Assembly (NCBI GenBank): GCA_951406725.2
Contig: OX597820.1
Coordinates: forward strand, 92,256,001-92,320,000
Direction of reading: 5' to 3'
DNA length: 64,000 nucleotides
Source of the DNA: Octopus vulgaris
Taxonomy: Eukaryota
Shown here: one piece after another, positions 52,484 through 64,000 of the stretch
Layout: the number at the start of each line of letters is the position of its first letter
Numbering within the stretch: the stretch's first letter is position 1
Notes under the pieces: generated by a model
Databases searched by the model: none
Told to the model about the DNA's origin: nothing
Seen by the model: the letters and a program-made list of their open reading frames with translations, nothing else
Program-made: the position numbers and the translations under genes

Positions 52484-53879
52484 GTTCTATGTTGCTCTGT
52501 CAAATAAGAGATGTACCTACTACGCTAATAAATAACAGAGAACAGTTAAAACGAAAGGTAAATATAGCAGACGTCATAGTTTTATACACATGAGATATGA
52601 TCTGTTTCAAATGCAGATTTTGTCATCCTGATACTAAATTATAACTGATACATTTGTTAAAACCTTGTACTGTGAACAACATAACCTCTATTTCAACGCA
52701 GCATATTTGTTTGCTTTCATTTTGGCAGAGATGCGGAAATAAGTCCATGAAACTTAATCGATGTTGTATCATCAGTTCATTTATTAGCATGTAATCCCTT
52801 TAAAAGAGACGCTTGGCTCTAGTTTTCTTAGAATAGCATTTGTAATAATGACATTGCAGTATAAAATTACAATTCGTTATTTCACAGAGAAAAGGAAACA
52901 AGTATTATTTGAATATGCCCAGATTTCTCAATATGGGACATAAATTTGTTAGGAAATTGGAGTAATAAACTCCAAGGTATTCCTCTGCTGGTCTCCCTTT
53001 ATGATAGCTTAAAATTCTATTTTCCGCAACTCCTGCGTCCTTCTGAAGTGATTCATAGCTGATTTTTGTCAAATTTCAGACAATCATTTATGCACTAAAG
53101 TTATTTTAAACTTTAACTTTCTTTTATTTGTCTTCGTAACTTTAAACCTCTTTAAATCACCTCATTCTTTTATTGCTATTTCCATTGGAATTTTATTTCA
53201 TTTTCACCATATCATGCTTTAATTGCCTTTATCCTGAAGGACAGTATAAAATTTTTACTAAAATTCCTGCCTTGAATTTTGTTATTTTTTCTTCATACAA
53301 TATTTCCCAAAATTTTTACAGTTGTCTTTCAGTTATTTAAATTATTTCACTGATTATTTTTCATTTAGTTCTTCTAATCTACGCTTTTTTTTAATTACAG
53401 AGCACATAGTAGCCGCAGGCCCTTCACTTCCAGTGAAGTAGCTAAAGCTATTAGAGTTGGGGTCTTGTTATATTTCACTGCAGTTTATCGTAGAATCTCT
53501 ACAGTTTGCTTGCTCTGATATTTGTATTCCGAACACTCACGGCTAATCAAGAACATCTTGTTTGTGTTTTTGCTTTTATTTTCACTTTCACTTCTAGTAA
53601 AAAGAAAAATGTATTGCTGTTTATTTCTGCAAGTTTCATTCTTATATAGTTCTTTTTTATATGTGTGGAGGTCTTTTGAGATTTATCTCAATAACAAACC
53701 TCAGCATTTTGTTTAGGATAAAGATTTCTTTCATTCCTTTCAGATAGATTGATTATTTCTTTATCTTCTCAGAACTCCACATCACTGGACACTTTTTGAT
53801 CTTTGTAACTTTATTGTCATCATCATCATCATCATAATCATCAACATCATCATCATCATCATCGTCATCATGATCATCA

Positions 53880-53940
<61 letters not shown>

Positions 53941-54655
53941 CATTATTATTATTATTATTATTATTGCCATTTTCTGCCCCAGGTAGGAATAATTCCGGAT
54001 GTTGCATTTAACAGTGGATGATGAGCCACAGCAGAGATTTGTATTTTGGTATTAGATTCATAACCAAATTTTCTCATCCTTATGACCAGAAATCATTTAC
54101 TGAATAATGTCGTACTTGTGTTACTTTTGGCGTATATTTTTACAATAATAATTTCTTACTTTTTTGCTTGTAAGTGTTTAAATTACCGCCAGAGTTTTTT
54201 TTATTTCCATTATCTTAAAAATTAGAATAACACAATATGTAGTAGACATGAAGACGCATGGGCAACAGCACTAACTCGATAGTTAGTGCTTGCATCTTTC
54301 CCCCGCATATTTTTGTGTTCGAAATTCAAATCCAGCCGAGGTAAATTTTGTTTTCTATCGTTCTATGTTGCTCTGTCAAATAAGAGATGTACCTACTACA
54401 CTAATAAATGACAGAGAACAGTCAAAACGAAAGGTAAATATAGCAGACGTCATAGTTTCATACACATGAGATATGATCTGTTTCAAATGCAGGTTTTGTC
54501 ATCATGATACCAAGTTATAACTGATACATTTGTTAAAACCTTGTACTGTGAACATCATAACCTCTATTTCAACGCAGCATATTTGTTTGCTTTCATTTTG
54601 GCAGAGATGCGGAAATAAGTCCATGAAACTTAATCGATGTTGTATTATCAGTTCA
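52484..54655 (+). repeat. 296-bp direct duplication (52484-52779 and 54360-54655)
   Basis: Near-identical sequence from GTTCTATGTTGCTCTG to ATCAGTTCA. Confidence 0.93.
53815..53965. repeat. (CAT)n(TAT)n microsatellite
   Basis: Directly visible. Confidence 0.97.
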
Positions 54656-55001
54656 ATTACAGTTCTATGCATACAAATATATGTATACAATATATTTAAA
54701 TACGAACACATATATACTTATAAAATGTACGCGTATTTATATCTAAGGGTGCTTGTATATTGCCATAAATAAGTTTGCAAGTTGGCCTATAGGTTTGCAC
54801 TGACAATCTCTTGCTTTTCGTTTGTAATTGTTTAAATTACTGCCAAAGTTTTCAATTTCCTTATCTTAAAAATTGGAATAACACAAAATAAAACGTCAGA
54901 AACACTCCTTTTTTGCAGATATAAAGTAGATACCGAATATTATTTTACCTCTTGATTTAACGAAATGCGTCTTTACTTTAAAGATTACCCTCAAAACGTA
55001 A

Positions 55002-55378
55002 AGGCGGTGAGCAGGCAAAATCGGTTGCACACCGTGCAAAATGCTTACCAGTATTTCGTCTGCCGTAACGTTCTGAGGTCAAATTCCGCCGAGGTCAACT
55101 TTGCCTTTCATCCTTTCGGGGTCGATTAAATAAGTACCAGTAACGCACTGGGGTCGATATAATCGACTTAATCCGTTTGTCTGTCCTTGTTTGTCCCCTC
55201 TGTGTTTAGCCCCTTGTGGGTAGTAAAGAAATAGGTATTTCATCGGTCTTTATGCTCTGAGTTCAAATTCGTCCTTTCATGGTCGATAATATAAGTACAA
55301 GTTAAAATACTGGAATCAACGTAATTGATTTACCCCTTCCCCCCAAAATTGCAGGTTTTGTGCCAAAATTTGAAATTA
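55002..55378 (+). mobile_element. Full family A SINE joined to a 5'-truncated short-form copy
   Basis: Head AGGCGGTGAGCAGGC, tail GGGTAGTAAAGAAATAG, then GTATTTC... second unit ending CCAAAATTTGAAA. Confidence 0.88.
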
Positions 55379-55859
55379 GTTATTTCTTACAAAGCATACA
55401 GCAGGAAGAAATGCCACAATTCATCTTGCCCGAACTTCCAGCATTTGCGTTAATTCATCGGGGATTAGTGCTTCTCTTTATTAATCGAATCTTAAACGAT
55501 AGGAAGCAAAAATGATCTCGGCTCGATTTGAACTTCGAATACAAAAATATCAGAGGAAACATGCAACTAAAATCTCTAATGATTCAACCAAAATCTCTAT
55601 TGATTATGCCAATCACTGTTATTTGAACCCTTATACAAATTTCTTGTAAGTTGTTCTTTATACATACCTCTTGCTAGAAATGACAGGTGGCGCCAATCTT
55701 ACAAACAATTGCTTATTCGAAGGAGGCTGACACGTAGGAGTAAATAGAAGGAAAACCGTATCGTGGCCTTAATGGTGATTGATAGCTATCAGTGTACAAT
55801 AAAATAACAAGTGATAAGTATAATATTTGGAATATATATGTGATGATCGGATATTTTTC

Positions 55860-56213
55860 ATCATGTCAAATAAAAGATTTTGTCCTACACCTTGGTTTAT
55901 TTTCAAGGTTATCATCTCCTGAACGAGTGATTTGGAACAATCTCTGAATAGTTCTGATGTCAACAACACCATTACCAAAGGCCCGCTTTATATTGCGGAG
56001 AGCTTCTGCGGCAGAGTGACCAGTTTGTACTCATACGAGAAAATCACTCAACATAGTTTGGTTGTTATTTTCATAAGTTCTGTGGGAAGGGATTTTGTAT
56101 ACCAATATTGTTGGGAATGGAAAAAACACAAGATTAAATGCAAAGTATACATAATTTAACTGCCTCAAACAACAAGTAATTAAAAATGCGACATTTCATG
56201 TGAAACAACTAAA
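55860..56213 (-). mobile_element. Mariner 5'-end fragment, same family as 15649-16670
   Basis: ~215-bp homology plus TIR CATTTCATGTGAAACAACTAAA-TA. Confidence 0.8.
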
Positions 56214-56221
56214 TATGTATG

Positions 56222-56282
<61 letters not shown>

Positions 56283-56284
<2 letters not shown>

Positions 56285-56571
56285 TCCTTTATTCTTTCGC
56301 GTGTTTCAGTCATTTGACTGCAGCCATGCTGGAACACCGCCTTTAGTCGAAAAAATCGACTCCAGGGCTCGTTCTTTGTAAGCCTAGTACTTATGCTATT
56401 CGTAAGTTTCGCTAAATTACAGGTATGCTTTCGTCAGCTAAATTACGGGTATGCTTTCGTCAGCACGAGGCTAAAGTGGAAGACACTTGCTCAAGGGCTA
56501 CGCTGTGGGACTGAACCCGGAACCATGTAGTTGGAAAGCAAGCTTCTTACCACGCAGCCACTGTTGCGCCA
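56283..56571 (-). mobile_element. Family B SINE with centre replaced by a 26-bp tandem duplication
   Basis: Homolog of 20551-20946. GCTAAATTACRGGTATGCTTTCGTCA occurs twice at ~56410-56462. Confidence 0.82.
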
Positions 56572-56664
56572 ATATATATATGTATATATATATATATATA
56601 TATATTTATTTATTTACTCACATATGTGAAGTAATAGATGTACATAGATTAATAATTTTGTAGA

Positions 56665-56696
56665 CAGACAGCTAGATAGCTAGCTAGCTAGCTAGC

Positions 56697-56770
<74 letters not shown>

Positions 56771-56885
56771 CATACATACATACCTACATACATACATACA
56801 TACATAGATAGATACATACATACATACATACATACATACATACATACATACATACATACATACATACATACATACATACATACAT
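56665..56885. repeat. (GCTA)n(GATA)n(CATA)n tetranucleotide array
   Basis: Directly visible. Confidence 0.97.
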
Positions 56886-57439
56886 AGAGGCAAGCCGTTA
56901 GATATATAAATATACAAGAGAATGACACTGACTATACATGACATTGAATTAAGTAAAAATATGTTCCACTTATTAAACCTACACGTCGATACGCTGCTTG
57001 AAATCATTGTCGGAAAAGGGGAAATTTCTAAGACGATATCGAGGTATTTGTAGTAGTGACAGCTATGGAGTATTTCGCACCGAGACACGAAAGATATTGT
57101 TCATGTACAACTGCGCTGACAGCAGCAAACCAGAAAATTATGCAAATGAAAAGTGTACTGGATTGCATATATTACAACATATCACTATAATGTCACTATA
57201 ATATTCAACAGCCGCTTCACTAAAGTATGTAAAAAGTTAGGACATAAAAGTTACGATAAAGGAAATATTTGTAAATAGGGTTGTCCCATGGTCAATTTTT
57301 CGGTCAAATTCTTTTCCTCGGTTTGATAAATATTAACAATGCCTTTCCTGTCTCCCTTGAAAATCGCATTAATCAGAACTACTACAAATAGGAGTGTGAT
57401 TGATGCATACATACTGGCATATATCCACTCATACATATG

Positions 57440-57506
<67 letters not shown>

Positions 57507-57510
<4 letters not shown>

Positions 57511-58770
57511 CAGAGATACCCGGCGTTGGCCGGTTACATTCAATTGAAGAATTATACTTTTCTGTGATATCTTCTGTAATGAACTGGAATATCTATGTTT
57601 CGAATTTCATCAAAATTGCAGATGAGGGTTATTTCCCTCTTTACACACCCATGTATCCCATACTACTGATTTTTATGCGCATATTCCAAAATTCCAGTCT
57701 TATTGAACCTGTTAAAAAGATTTTCCTCCTGAAAAATGAAGGTCATGGAGTTCTATAATGTGAGAGTTAAGTCCCCTGTTGGGCATCTTAATGTCAACCA
57801 GAGAAGTTGAATTGTTGAAAATCTTTTTAACTTGGACCTTATATCTATTGTTTGAATTTCTTTGAAATAGGAAATATATCTTCACTGATTTTGTAAAAGA
57901 GAGCAAAGCTACAGGAAACTAAAAGACGAATGATCACAATAAGCAGTCAGTTACCCTACCCTAGTCGTTACCACTCCCAATGTAGGATTCCTCACCATCC
58001 AGGTGACAGGCACAGCCGTAAGATGCATTACGAATCTATAGCAATTGGAAGGGCGTGATCCAACTGAAATCAACATTAACAACTGTGTGATGTGAGGGCT
58101 AAGGATAAATTAAAGTGTCACCTCTGGAGTTTGCAGATGACGACTATGCTGATATGTAACTGGACAGAATAAATTTAAAATCTATAAATGTCTTTGAATA
58201 ACCAGTCATCCAACTGGCAAGGCCTTGAAATCAATGTTACCATCTGGGGACTATGTGTGACCGAGTGATAATAAAAAGACTGAAAGGAAGTCTGCAATCA
58301 AATAAATTTACTCAACACTTTGCAACTGAATCAGTGGAGGCAAAGATGCCTCTCATTTACTTGACAATTTATGCAACACATTGCAGAAATCACAATGTAA
58401 GTGTATGTCAAAGCAAACTGTTACACTGTTGTACGATTGAATTAGAAATAATGCCCAACTTTTATGCTCGGGTAACCCTACAGCTTCCAACAGCACAACT
58501 GTATTCGTTTTTGCTTAGATAAAATGACAAAATTGTGGGTGTTAAGTCCCCATGGAAGGGTCCATCTAGCTTTGTAAAAAGATGAAATTTTATAAATATT
58601 ACTTCATTTGTATCTAATATCTATGGTTAAAATATGGCCCTTATGCATAGAATATAATTTCCAAATTTCATAAAGATCCATTCAGTAATTTTGAACTAGT
58701 TTTGGATCATAAAAGAAATTACTAAAATTTGGGAGTTAAGGCTCCCATTAGAGTGTTATATATATATATA
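57507..58770 (-). mobile_element. Probable non-autonomous Helitron containing a LINE-like RT scrap
   Basis: Minus 3' end CCGGCCAACGCCGGGTATCTCTG-CTAT(A). Repeated AATTTCAT and GTTAAGTCCCC motifs. Plus-strand VSPLEFADD at ~58115-58141. Confidence 0.5.
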
Positions 58771-58973
58771 TGTATATATATACTAAGCAATTAAGGGTTT
58801 AGCAACGAATTGCCTCACCACACACCGAATTTAGAAATAGCAGTCAAAGAGTTATAGCTATTCTTTCTACTAAAAGGGAGATCTCAGTAAAAACACAGCA
58901 CTTGAAAGGCAAACACAGACAGGTAAGAGAGAATGAAATGACGGCAATCTATCATACAATTTTAAGTCACCTA

Positions 58974-59028
<55 letters not shown>

Positions 59029-59360
59029 TATACATACATTTATATATAGAGAGATATAGATATGGATATAGATACAAACACACACATACAACGATAAAAT
59101 GATAGATACAACTGAGTGGGCACACAAAAATATGATACACAGCCTAGTGCTTTTTTATGTTGATAAGTCTAGTACTTATTCTATTAGTTTGTTCTTGTGA
59201 AACCAGTAAGTTATGTGAATGTAAATAAATGAACAGCAGTTGTGAAGCAGTGATGAGGGTGAAACACAAAGACAAAGACACACATTCACTTACGTGTATA
59301 CATACATATATATATATATGATTAATTTGTTTCAATTCCTGTCTACGAAATCCATATATA

Positions 59361-61635
59361 TTGTTGTTGGTATATTTTTTGTCTCGGGAGACAATGGAGT
59401 TGCGCATAAAATAATCTAGTCCGGCTTTTACATTTCATGTCCTAATACATCTACTGCTGTGGCTGTGTAGTCCTATCATGGACGAACACTCCCTCTGGCA
59501 GGTGTCGCAAATGTAGCGAATACTTTGCCTGGCAGATTGTAATGTCATAGTTTCTTGTTGACATCTTTTCTTGTCTTTCCATTTCTCCTCTCTCTCTCTA
59601 TGTCAATCCTTTGTGTTACCTCTTTTACGGTACGTCGCTAATCTCCACGGTTGCTGGCAACTGCTTCCCAGTTGGTAATATTGATGTTGCAGGCATTCAT
59701 GTCGCTTTTGCAAACATCCTTGTATCGTAAAAACGGTCTTCCCACAGACCTAGTGCCCCTAGCAAGCTCTCCGTTGAGTATGTCCTTGGGGATTCTGCCA
59801 TCTTTCATACGACTATAATGTCCAAGCGATCTCATATGTCTTTGTGTGAGGAGTGCAAACATGCTTGGTATCCCTGCTTGCTTGAGGACATCTTTGTTGG
59901 GGGACATGATTCTGCCATTTGATGCGAAGGATTTTCCGGAGGCAGCACAGGTGATATTTAGGCGACGTATGGCGTCGTATGGCGTGTGTATGGCGTCCAA
60001 GTCTCACTTCCATACAGTAGAGTGCTAAGTACACATGCCTGGTAAATCTTCATTTTTGTGGTCTTGGTCAGCTTATTGTTGCCCCATGCCCGTTTGGAGA
60101 GTTGGGCAATCACAGCAGCTGCCTTACCAATGCGTATATTGAGCTCAGCATCAAGGGATGACCCATTATATTGGTCTTCTTGAGGCTGATAGCTAAGCCA
60201 AAATTGCCACATGCTTGCTCAAAACAGTTGGTGAGCCTTTATAGGGCTTCTTCTGTGTGTGATACCAGAGCGACATCATCAGCAAATAGCATCTCCTTGA
60301 TCAGGATGCTCCTGATTTTGGTATTGGCACGCAGACGCGAGACATTGAACAGTTTCCCATCACTTCTACTGTGCAGAAACACTCCATCATCTGATGTCAT
60401 AAAGGCATGTGACAGCAGCAGCAAGAAGAAGATGACATATAATGTAGGAGCAAGGACACTACCTTGCTTTATCCCGTTTTTTATTTGGAAGCCGGCTGAT
60501 GTTGAACAATTGTGCTCTATGGTGCCTTGCATATCATCATGGAAAGATATGACGATCTTCAGCAGCTTTGGTGGACATCCGATTTTTTAGAGCAGGATGA
60601 AGAGGCCTTTTCTATTTACCAAGTCAAAGGCCTTGAAGTCAAAGGCCGATGAATGAAGGCCATATATAATGGCATTTTCTGCTCTCTGGACTTCTCCTGA
60701 AGTTGGCGTATGGAGAATAACATGTCAATAGTTGATCTGCTTCTTCTAAAGCCACACTTAGATTCTGGATAAATTCGAGAAGCAAGCAGTTGTAGCCTGG
60801 ACAGGATAATGCGAGCAGAGGCCTTTCCAACAGTGCTTAGAAGAGATATTCTGCGGTAATTGTTGCAATCAACCCGGTCACCTTTGTTTTTGTAAAGCGT
60901 AATGATTTTAGCATCCCGCATATCCTGAGGGATTGTGCCCTCTTCCCAGCACTGACACAGAAGCTTATGAAGGTGCCGAAGCAAGATGGAGTTTTTGCCA
61001 GGTTTGATGATCTCTAAATGGATATCATTTTTTTCCGGAGCCTTGTTACTTGCTAGGGAGTCAATAGACTTGGTGAGCTCTGCTAGAGTTGGCAGACTGT
61101 CAAGTTCACGCATGACTGGCAAGATCTTGACACCCTCGATTGCAGCCTCAGCTACCGTGGTCTCTCGTGAGTACAGATCCTGGAAGTACTCCACCCATCT
61201 ATCCATTTGCTTGCTTTGGACCTTGATGAGATCCACAGTAGTTGATTTCAGAGGGGCTGACTTGGTTGCGGATGGACCGAGGGCCTTCTTCAAACCGGCA
61301 TACATCCCACGGGTGTCGCCACTGTCAGCAGCTGACAGGATACTCTGACAGATTTCCTGCCAATACAGCGTCTGGTAGTCACTCTGCTTCTTATAAGTGA
61401 ATGATCTGTGTCACAACCCGCGCTATGGTAACTACGGGTCACTTGAACAGAATTCAGAAAGGATCGCTGTGTAATGATGAGATCCAGCTGATGCCAATTG
61501 TCAGATCTTGGATGTCTCCAAGATGCCTTGTGGGGTGTTTTGTTAGCAAAGAATGTGTTAGTGATGCATAGGTTATGGTATGTGCAAAATTCAAGTAGTC
61601 TCTGACCATTACCATTCATGTTGCCAATACCAAAA
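59361..61635 (-). mobile_element. RTE-clade LINE, 5'-truncated within the APE domain, frameshifted
   Basis: GNMNGNGQRLLEFC...WHQLDLII...DTDHSLI (APE). YKNKGDRVDCNNYRRISLLS...CGFRRSRSTID, IKQGSVLAPTL, MLFADD (RT). LSTLLYGSETW, RIPKDILNGEL, C-terminal CDTC...HSHS, (AAC)n tail. Confidence 0.95.
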
Positions 61636-61821
61636 CACATACACTTACATATATACATGCATATATGTACGATTGATTTGTTTCAGTTCCTCTCTACAAA
61701 ATCCATATATATATATTTTATATATATGTGTGTATGTGTGTGTACACACACAAATAATTTGGTAGATACAACTTAGTTGACAAACAAAAATATGAGACAC
61801 TGCGTAGTGCTTTTTTATATT

Positions 61822-62127
61822 TTGATAAGCCTGGTACTTATTCTATCAGTTTCTTCTTGTGAAACCAGTAAGTTATGGGGATGTAAATAAACGAACACCA
61901 GTTGTGAAGCAGTGGTGATTGATAAACACAAAGACACATACATAGACTTACATATATACATACATATACATACAATTGATTTCTTTCAGTTTCTGTCTAC
62001 AAAATCTACTGACAAGGCTTTGGTTGGTCTCAGGCTATAGCAGAAGACATATGCCAAGTCACCACACAATGGGACTGAACTTAGACCATGTGTTGTGGAA
62101 CCAAGTTTGTTGCCACACCTGCACCTA
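61822..62127 (-). mobile_element. Family B SINE, partly duplicated at 59160-59355
   Basis: Head rc GGTGCAGGTGTGGC...GTTCAGTCCC. Shares a flank with 59100-59160. Confidence 0.75.
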
Positions 62128-62324
62128 TGTGTGTGTGGGTGGGGGTGGATCGGTGTGTGTATGTGTATATGAGTGTGTATATGTATGCATGTATATATGT
62201 GTATATATATGTGAACATATTACCTGTAAATCTATATATACATCTAGACATACATGTATATCTATAGAAATACATCTATACATATACATGTATACATATA
62301 CATCTATATATATATACATGTAAA

Positions 62325-62527
62325 GTTAATCCAAACAAGAAAACAAAAAGACAACAACGCGAGGATGTGGAACAAATAAAGTATTATTGGACGCTCAGGA
62401 AAGAAGGGAAGAAGGAGGGTAAGACGTTTAGAGCGGAGCTCTTCGTCGGAAACATAGGAGAAAGAAAGATCCCGAGGTGGGAGGACAGAGGAAAAAAAAT
62501 TGCAAGTGGTCTTCACGAGGTCACATA
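62325..62527 (-). mobile_element. Penelope-type terminal repeat with degenerate hammerhead motif
   Basis: Homolog of 3424-3625. Minus strand reads GUUU CCGACGA A GAGC-UCC-GCUC UAAAC GUC. Confidence 0.7.
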
Positions 62528-62530
62528 CTG

Positions 62531-62570
<40 letters not shown>

Positions 62571-64000
62571 CATATATATACATGTGTATATATATATATA
62601 TATATATTTGCATATATATATATGTATATATTCATATATATATATATATGTATATATATGTATATATATATATACACATAGATATATGTATGAATGTATG
62701 TATGTGTGTATATATATATATATATCCATATGTAAGTATAGATATGAGCGTGCATATGTGTGTATATATGCATGTATGTATGCACCTATATATCTACGTA
62801 ACTATTTATCTACGTATATATGTGTTTGTGTGCGTATGTATATATATATATATATAGTCATCTCGCCATTTTGGACCGTTGAACTCAGCACATTTTTTTC
62901 TCTCTACATTGTTTTTTTATTCACTTTCCATTTTACACCTGCTTAGTGTTCCTACATCTCTCTTCGTCTTTTGTTTCCTGTAAATTTGAAGTATATCTGT
63001 GTGTGTGTGTGTAGATAGAAAGAACGATTGATAGATAGTTACAGAGAAAGAGAGACAGAGAGATTACACTCGAATTGCGGCCAGCTCAAAGGTTGCTTAC
63101 ACGCTCGTCCATCTCCCCTGTCATAAGGTCCCCAAAGAGCGATCAATATGTCCAAAATCTGGTCAGCGGTTAACCCCGATTCTTACCATCACCGATCCAC
63201 ATTCGCATTTATGGTTATTGGGTTCGTTATCCACTCCAACATGCTCCCCTTTTCCCGTTCTTTCTAGATTTCTATTTCTCGGGTATTTAAATTCTTGTAT
63301 TGTATGTTTGTAGCTGGTATCTGTCTTTTGTGTGTTTGGGAAAGTGTTTGCTTATGCGCGCTGCCCTTATCAGCTGCAATTATGCATCGCATTTACAGAG
63401 TGTCATCACGGGTTACCGAATACTGAAATGCTGGAGTACCTAGTTGAAGCTCATGTTCTTCTCTCTCATTACCGATCTTCTCCTTTTTATTCAGTTATGG
63501 CTCATCTCAGACTGCATTAGATACCGTGTAAACACACACTGGTGTAAGTCTCATTCTAATACATATATCTTGTAGATATTTAATGCTAGCTTATATCAAC
63601 GCCTTATGTTTTAATCAATGATGGAGAAGAGATAACTTCCTAGCCTCCAATAAACTCAATTACTCGTATTTGTTCCCATGTGTGCGTGTTTGTGTGTCTG
63701 TGTGTTATTTTGTGTGTATGTGCGGTACTTGCGTGTGCGTGTGTAGGTGTGTGTACGTGCGTGTGTGTGTTGTGTGCTGCGTGTGTTTGTTTGTGTGAGT
63801 ACGTGTTGTGTGTGTGTGTCTGTGATCTCAAATGCATTTCTGTTTGTCGAGGATAAATGGAATGAGATTTTTTTGCTTCTCTGTACCTACGTAACTCATC
63901 CTGCACAAAAAAAATGATAAATGCATAAACAAAGAGCAAATGTTTGTATATACTGGAATATATAACAAGACAGATGAACATTTGCTTCGATAAAAAATAT

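Noticed and set aside
63065-63540. GC-richer unique-looking block
   Set aside because: No ORF, motif or terminal repeat that I could support. Left unassigned.

Overview
AT-rich, microsatellite-dense eukaryotic DNA. The SINE families and repeat style point to an octopus or other cephalopod genome (inference). No host protein-coding gene can be established, and nearly all ORFs in the supplied track are microsatellite read-throughs or transposon relics. The window is a transposon graveyard. Retroelements: a Penelope-like GIY-YIG fragment, an RTE LINE with an apparent ~80-bp target duplication, R4/Dong-like and Tx1-like LINE relics, and two tRNA-derived SINE families. DNA elements: Tc1, DD37D, mariner, hAT, Merlin, Chapaev and several non-autonomous Helitrons. 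The most notable items are minimal hammerhead-ribozyme motifs in Penelope-type repeats (one joined to a tRNA-like pol III head inside an inverted repeat), several long foldback structures, a near full-length intron-containing Chapaev (RAG1/Transib-related) transposase, a hAT transposase interrupted by a copy of its own upstream sequence, and a few speculative small exons. All family calls come from motif recognition by eye, not database searches, and boundaries of decayed elements are approximate.
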